Source: Macrostomum lignano
Lineage: Eukaryota
Length of the DNA stretch: 52,455 nucleotides
Direction of reading: 5' to 3'
NCBI GenBank assembly: GCA_002269645.1
Contig: NIVC01004265.1
Span: forward strand, 1-52,455
Shown one piece after another: positions 47,449 to 52,455 of the stretch (position 1 is its first letter; the number at the start of each line of letters is the position of its first letter). The notes beneath the pieces were generated by a model, which worked only from the letters and a program-made list of their open reading frames with translations, made no database searches and had not been told where the DNA came from. Position numbers and translations under genes: made by a program.

Positions 47449-49732
47449 GGCGCTGCTGCAGACGCTGGTACCGCTAGCTTTTTGTGCTTGTGCTCGCTTG
47501 TTTAGGTCAAAATCGTTTCTTTGCAAAGCATAAAATATGTGAGATGGGTTTTGTAAAACATCATGTAATATATGGATAATGTAATATATTCTATATGCAT
47601 TTATGTGTAGTGTCTCTAACATGGCAAATATTAGTCCAATATTTAACAAAAAGATAACTTGAGTTGTCATAAGCAAAAATATATATTTGAATTAATTTTT
47701 CTCATTATTATCTCTACATGTAAAAATCGAAATATGGATATATTAGAAATTTTTTTAACATTTCATATTTTGCCGTTTATAACTACTAAAAATTAACTTA
47801 CATGTAACTTATTAGCAATGTTTAAGTAAAACTTATAGTTGAATTAGAAAAACTAACAGTTGAAACGATAATACATGTATTAGTTGTGACTAAAGTCTAA
47901 TGCACATATAGTGCATACATTTGGTTATTGTGACCTAGTAACTTTCTAGTGACTATTTCTAAACAGTAAAATGTTCCTGTTTGAAATAAGTAGGCCTATT
48001 TATTATCATGCAGTCATGTTAGCTACCGAATGTATTACAAACGCAAAAAGTTTTGTAAAACCCTGAAATTGCTTCAATAGTTGCAGATTTAGTTATATAG
48101 AACAAAACGGAGGATATTCGTTCCATCGAACCGGCGTTATGCTTAATCAGAATCAGAGAAGTATTTAAGGATTGAATGATTTTAGAAACGGACAAAAATA
48201 TGGAGCTAATCGATTGGCAAACTGCTGGTCAAAGCAAACTGTAGAATAAAAAGCACAGTTTGAAGTCTTGTTATCACACAAAGCTCATTATGATATGCAG
48301 AAAACTAGCAGTCAGAATCCAGTATTTCCATTATATGATGTTTGCTGCTTGTTTTGCTTGAGTTTAAAAACGTGTGCACAGTAAACATCCCCATGTTAAA
48401 TGTATGTTAAATATACGTTGTGTTTATAGTAACTGGCTATTGAAATATTTTTAAAAAAGCTTAAGTAAATATATTTTACTTTTATGTGTTTTTATCAACT
48501 TAAATGATAAGTTCTACATTGGCTGTTAGCATATTTTAAATATTTTGTTGTACCTTTTGCCATTTACGAAATAAAATTTATCCGACGTATAGCTTTCTCC
48601 AGACTTCAAAAAATGTTTGGCTTATTTACGCTCTCTGAAAGACTTGTGTACGGCTTTTCGCTTTCATTTTAAAAATAAGTTTCAAGTGCTAATTCGCACT
48701 GTTGTACTTCATGTTGTTTAGCCTTTGAAGTCTTTCAATCGTAATTTTTTATTCACACCTATTAGTCACTGGAACGGATTTTATTTTTTAAAAATTCTCA
48801 TGGCTACGCCTTCAGGATGCCCAAATCAGATTTGTGACTATGACTTTTAACTAATATCAAATATTGTCTTGTTTTTTACTGCTTATGCGAGAGAATTTGG
48901 TACATTTATCTTGCGTGTAATAAATTCTGCATGTACAGTTATGTACTGTAACATTGTGGAGCATTAAATACATTCAGTAGCTGCTTCATGTGTATATGTT
49001 TAGTCGGGCCGTCTATAAGAAGCTGCCAAATCGATAAAATTAAATTATACGAATGCAACTACAAAATATCTACTACAATGAACTTTTATTTGATGCTCTG
49101 TATTACTGTATTTGTAGACAATAAGGAAAATGCACAATAACAAAAATGCATGTACATGTAATCTATAAAATATACTCAGTTCATGCATATGCTTTCCTTG
49201 AGTATGCATGAATATTTACCCGAAATCGAGTTGACCATCTGCGTAGTTTTTAAGTGCAAGCTTGCTTTCATTGTGGGCGAAGTGTCTACGAACACTGCAG
49301 TTGCAAAAAGTTATATAATTGTATTTTTTCGTCGATATTCTTAACTCGTAGCGCCCATCAGATTAATTTGAAAATCAGTTCATGCTTGCACATAAAATTA
49401 CCAAACATGGGTTGGCGAGCGTAGTTCTATAGAATTTCTATCTTCCTAATGCGTTTGTGCATTCGTACGACAAACTTGGGTACACCCGTGTCGTGCTGTT
49501 CAAATAAATTTTTACGCATACACCTCAATGCAAGGAATCAGCTACGACGAATGCCCGATTGGACCATGGTGCAGCTGTGTGTACTAAACTGATAATTTGT
49601 TGGAAGCGGGCGGTCGTGGCGGGAAGTCTCGTACACATGGAACCGCCAAGTAAAGCAAGATAAAAATGAGCTCGATAAAACCTGACTGGCTTCGAGCAGC
49701 CAGTTGAGCATACCGAATTCTGAGCAGGAAAG

Positions 49733-50078
49733 ATGGACAGCGCGTGCTCGGTAACGGACTGGCCGATCTACCGCTTCTTGGATGCCCACGGCGGCGGGCA
49801 ATTAGTGACAGCCTATGAGGCCGGCGGTGCGAGCGCGGCGCGTCGGCTGCTGCTCAACTCGGTTGCTCCAAAGTTTCTCTACAACGACGGTCGAGGGCGC
49901 CTGTTCAGCGGCCGCAGGTTGCTTGCTGGCGCTCGACACTATCTGGCACAGAGAGGAGCTGCAGGCGAAGCTGATGACACCTGCAGCCTACCGACTGCTC
50001 AGACAGTGTCGCCAGCTGCGCCAACTTCGGGTTCAGCATCCACCGTTGAAGTTGAGCTTTTCTACGACTCAAAAGTGA

Positions 50079-50110
<32 letters not shown>

Positions 50111-50113
50111 TAG

Positions 50114-50146
<33 letters not shown>

Positions 50147-50149
50147 TAG

Positions 50150-50194
<45 letters not shown>

Positions 50195-51862
50195 GACCAA
50201 AACCTACCCTCAAATCGTCTCCCAGCTAACCAGCCGCAGCACCAGCTGCTCAGCTGAACCAAAGTCAAAGGCTTTGCCGCCGATTCCGTCGCTCCCATCA
50301 CCGACGCCGATCCTGCTGAAGTTCGATCCTCGCCTCGGCCACGCAGCCTCAGTCTACACTGAATCAACGCGCCATCTCACCTGCTGGAGCATCGAACACC
50401 GAGGCGCATTCGGCGAGACGCTGCTCCACCTGTGCCTCGTCTGCGGCTCCTCTGAGACGCACCGAGCCCTGGCCAGGCTGATGCTGGACTGCTTCCCTTG
50501 CATGGCGTTCGACATCTTCATCGGCTTCGAGTACTTTGGTGAGGGAAGCTGCCCCGACAGCTCAATAAGTGGATGCAGACGCAGAAAGGCAGAAAAGATA
50601 GTGAAAATTCTTTATTTGAAGGTGAAAAGCAGTTTTCCACTAGTGCACTAAGTACTTTCTCATTTTAGCTTGCAGTTCTATTCAAGTTGTATACGAGCTG
50701 CCCCCACCGATATTCCCTTCCGGTTGCAGGCCAGTCTGCGCTGCACATGGCTGTCATTAACAGGGACTTAGAGCTCGCCCGCCTGCTGCTGCAGTGCGGC
50801 GTCAACATTCATCAGCGCGCGGTTGGGGACTTCTTCCTGCCGGAGGATCTGCGCTGCGATGACCGGGGAGCCGCGGATACAGCTGCTGAGAGGACCAACT
50901 ATTCCGGTGGGGATTTTACCCGATGTCCGAGATCATGACCGTATCTATGACTGAGATTATGACCTTATCTATGATTGAAATGATGACCTTATCTAAGACC
51001 GAGATTATGACCTTATCTATGACTGAGATTATATACCTTATCTATGACTGAGATCATGACCTTATCTATGACCGAGATCATGATCTAATCTATGACTGAG
51101 ATTATGACCTATCTATGACGGAGATTATTCACTTTATCTATGACTGAGATGACCTTGTCTATAACTGAGATTATCACCTTATCTATGACTGAGGTTATGA
51201 CTGTATCTAAGACTGAGATTATGACCTTTTTTAAGACCGAGATTATGACCTTATCTATGAGTGGCATCATGACCTTATCTATGACTGGATCATTACCTTA
51301 TCTATGACTTAGATCATGACTTATCTATGACTGAGATCATGAACTTATCTATTACTGAGGTTATGACCTTATCTAAGACCGAGATCATGACCTTATCTAT
51401 GAGTGGCATCATGACCTTATCTATGACTGAGATTATGACCTTATCAAGACTGAGATCATGACCATGTTCGTGACTAGACCATGTATTGAAGCCTATCAAT
51501 CAATGACTGAGCTAGTAAATTTATTCATCTTAAAGCAACCAACCTACTGACTATATTAATGACCACATTATGACCCAGCCCAAAAACTTATTTTTATCAA
51601 TGTTTGAAGTTATTTTGTACCGGCTTTATCGCCGACGGAGCCAAGGAGCTCATGAAAAAGATCTAACTGTCAATCTGTGCTCAAAGCAAGAACTCCCAAC
51701 TCTGCAGGCTACTCATACTATGGAGAATATCCTCTATCGTTCGCTGCCAGCACCGGAAACGCAGAACTGTACGAACTGCTGCAGACAGAGGCGCAGATCC
51801 CAATAGACAGGATCTGCTTGGCAATGCTGTGCTGCACATGCTGGTCATTCATAACAAAAACT
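49733..51862 (+). CDS. TRPV-family cation channel (osm-9/ocr/inactive/nanchung type), N-terminal ankyrin region. Exons 49733-50074, 50226-50538, 50730-50906, 51708-51862; the gene continues beyond the window.
   Basis: PIYRFLDAHGGGQLV..FLYNDGRG; RGAFGETLLHLCL; EYFGQSALHMAVIN; RAVGDFFLPED; TNYSGYSYYGEYPLSFAAS; GADPNRQDLLGNAVLHMLVIHN (after a 1-nt deletion at ~51790). Splice phases are compatible. Confidence 0.92.
50080..50195. repeat. (GTCT)n microsatellite in TRPV intron 1
   Basis: Directly visible. Confidence 0.96.
50935..51465. repeat. 24-bp degenerate minisatellite (GAGATTATGACCTTATCTATGACT)n in a TRPV intron
   Basis: Directly visible. Confidence 0.92.
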
Positions 51863-51932
51863 GTAAGCTTACGTATTCTTGCCGTTTTTAACTTTAGAAT
51901 TGCCTGACTGATGATTTACTGTCACAAAGGAG

Positions 51933-52002
51933 AACAGCTCAAAGGTTAATGCGTCCGACTGCCGCACGATAAAGACCCCGGGTTCGATTCCGCGCACGGG
52001 AA
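51933..52002 (+). mobile_element. tRNA-derived SINE-like head (A and B boxes)
   Basis: CAGCTCAAAGG...CCCGGGTTCGATTCC; no intact cloverleaf. Confidence 0.45.
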
Positions 52003-52455
52003 GGGGTAGCGGGTGCAGCAGGCCATAGATCGGAAGGGTGGCGGGTGCAGCAGGCCATAGATCGGCGCAGCAGCAGGCCATAGATCGGAAGGGGTGGCAG
52101 GTGCAGCAGGCCATAGATCGGAAGGGGTGGGGTGCAGCAGGCCATAGATCGGAAGGGGTGGAGCAGGAAGGGAGATGGAAGGGGTGAGGGTGCAGCAGGC
52201 TATAGATCGGAAGGGGTGGCGGGTGCAGCAGGCCATAGATCGGAAGGGGTGGCGGGTGCAGCAGGCCATAGATTGGAAGGGTGAGGGTGCAGCAGGCATA
52301 GATCGGAAGGGGTGCGGGTTGCAGCAGGCCATAGATTGGAAGGGGTGGCGGTGCAGCAGGCCATAGATCGGAAGGGGTGGCGGGTGCAGCAGGCCATAGA
52401 TCGAAGGGGTGGCGGTGCAGCAGGCCAATAGATTGGAAGGGTGAGGGTGCAGCAG
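52003..52455. repeat. 33-bp minisatellite (GGGTGCAGCAGGCCATAGATCGGAAGGGGTGGC)n
   Basis: Directly visible; runs off the window. Confidence 0.95.

Noticed and set aside
47038-47676. Histone H3 gene suggested by MARTKQTARK
   Set aside because: Similarity stops at K9; there is no STGGKAPR and no histone fold, and the exon splices into the ROCO gene.

Overview
Eukaryotic (animal) genomic DNA with GC-rich exons and introns packed with minisatellites. That style suggests the flatworm Macrostomum, but this is inference. Four protein-coding loci can be reconstructed by hand-splicing. (1) A Not/Noto-class homeobox gene (minus strand, 1-2293), whose homeobox is missed by the ORF track. (2) A gene encoding only the C-terminal part of an ACK1/TNK2-like protein (Mig6-homology segment plus UBA; minus, 8283-9230), with no kinase exons anywhere upstream. 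(3) A giant 35-exon ROCO-family gene (minus, 13810-47448, about 3,740 aa). (4) The 5' end of a TRPV channel gene (plus, from 49733), head-to-head with the ROCO gene. The stand-out is the ROCO protein. It begins with an exact copy of histone H3 residues 1-9 (M-ARTKQTARK) but has no histone fold. It then runs: short LRR, degenerate Roc-COR, Cys-rich motif, SPRY, LRRs, intact Roc-COR, degenerate TIR, TIR retaining the Glu, and a polybasic CaaX terminus. Four single-base deletions in G/C runs break frames in two genes and are probably consensus errors. Most long ORFs in the track are translations of tandem repeats.
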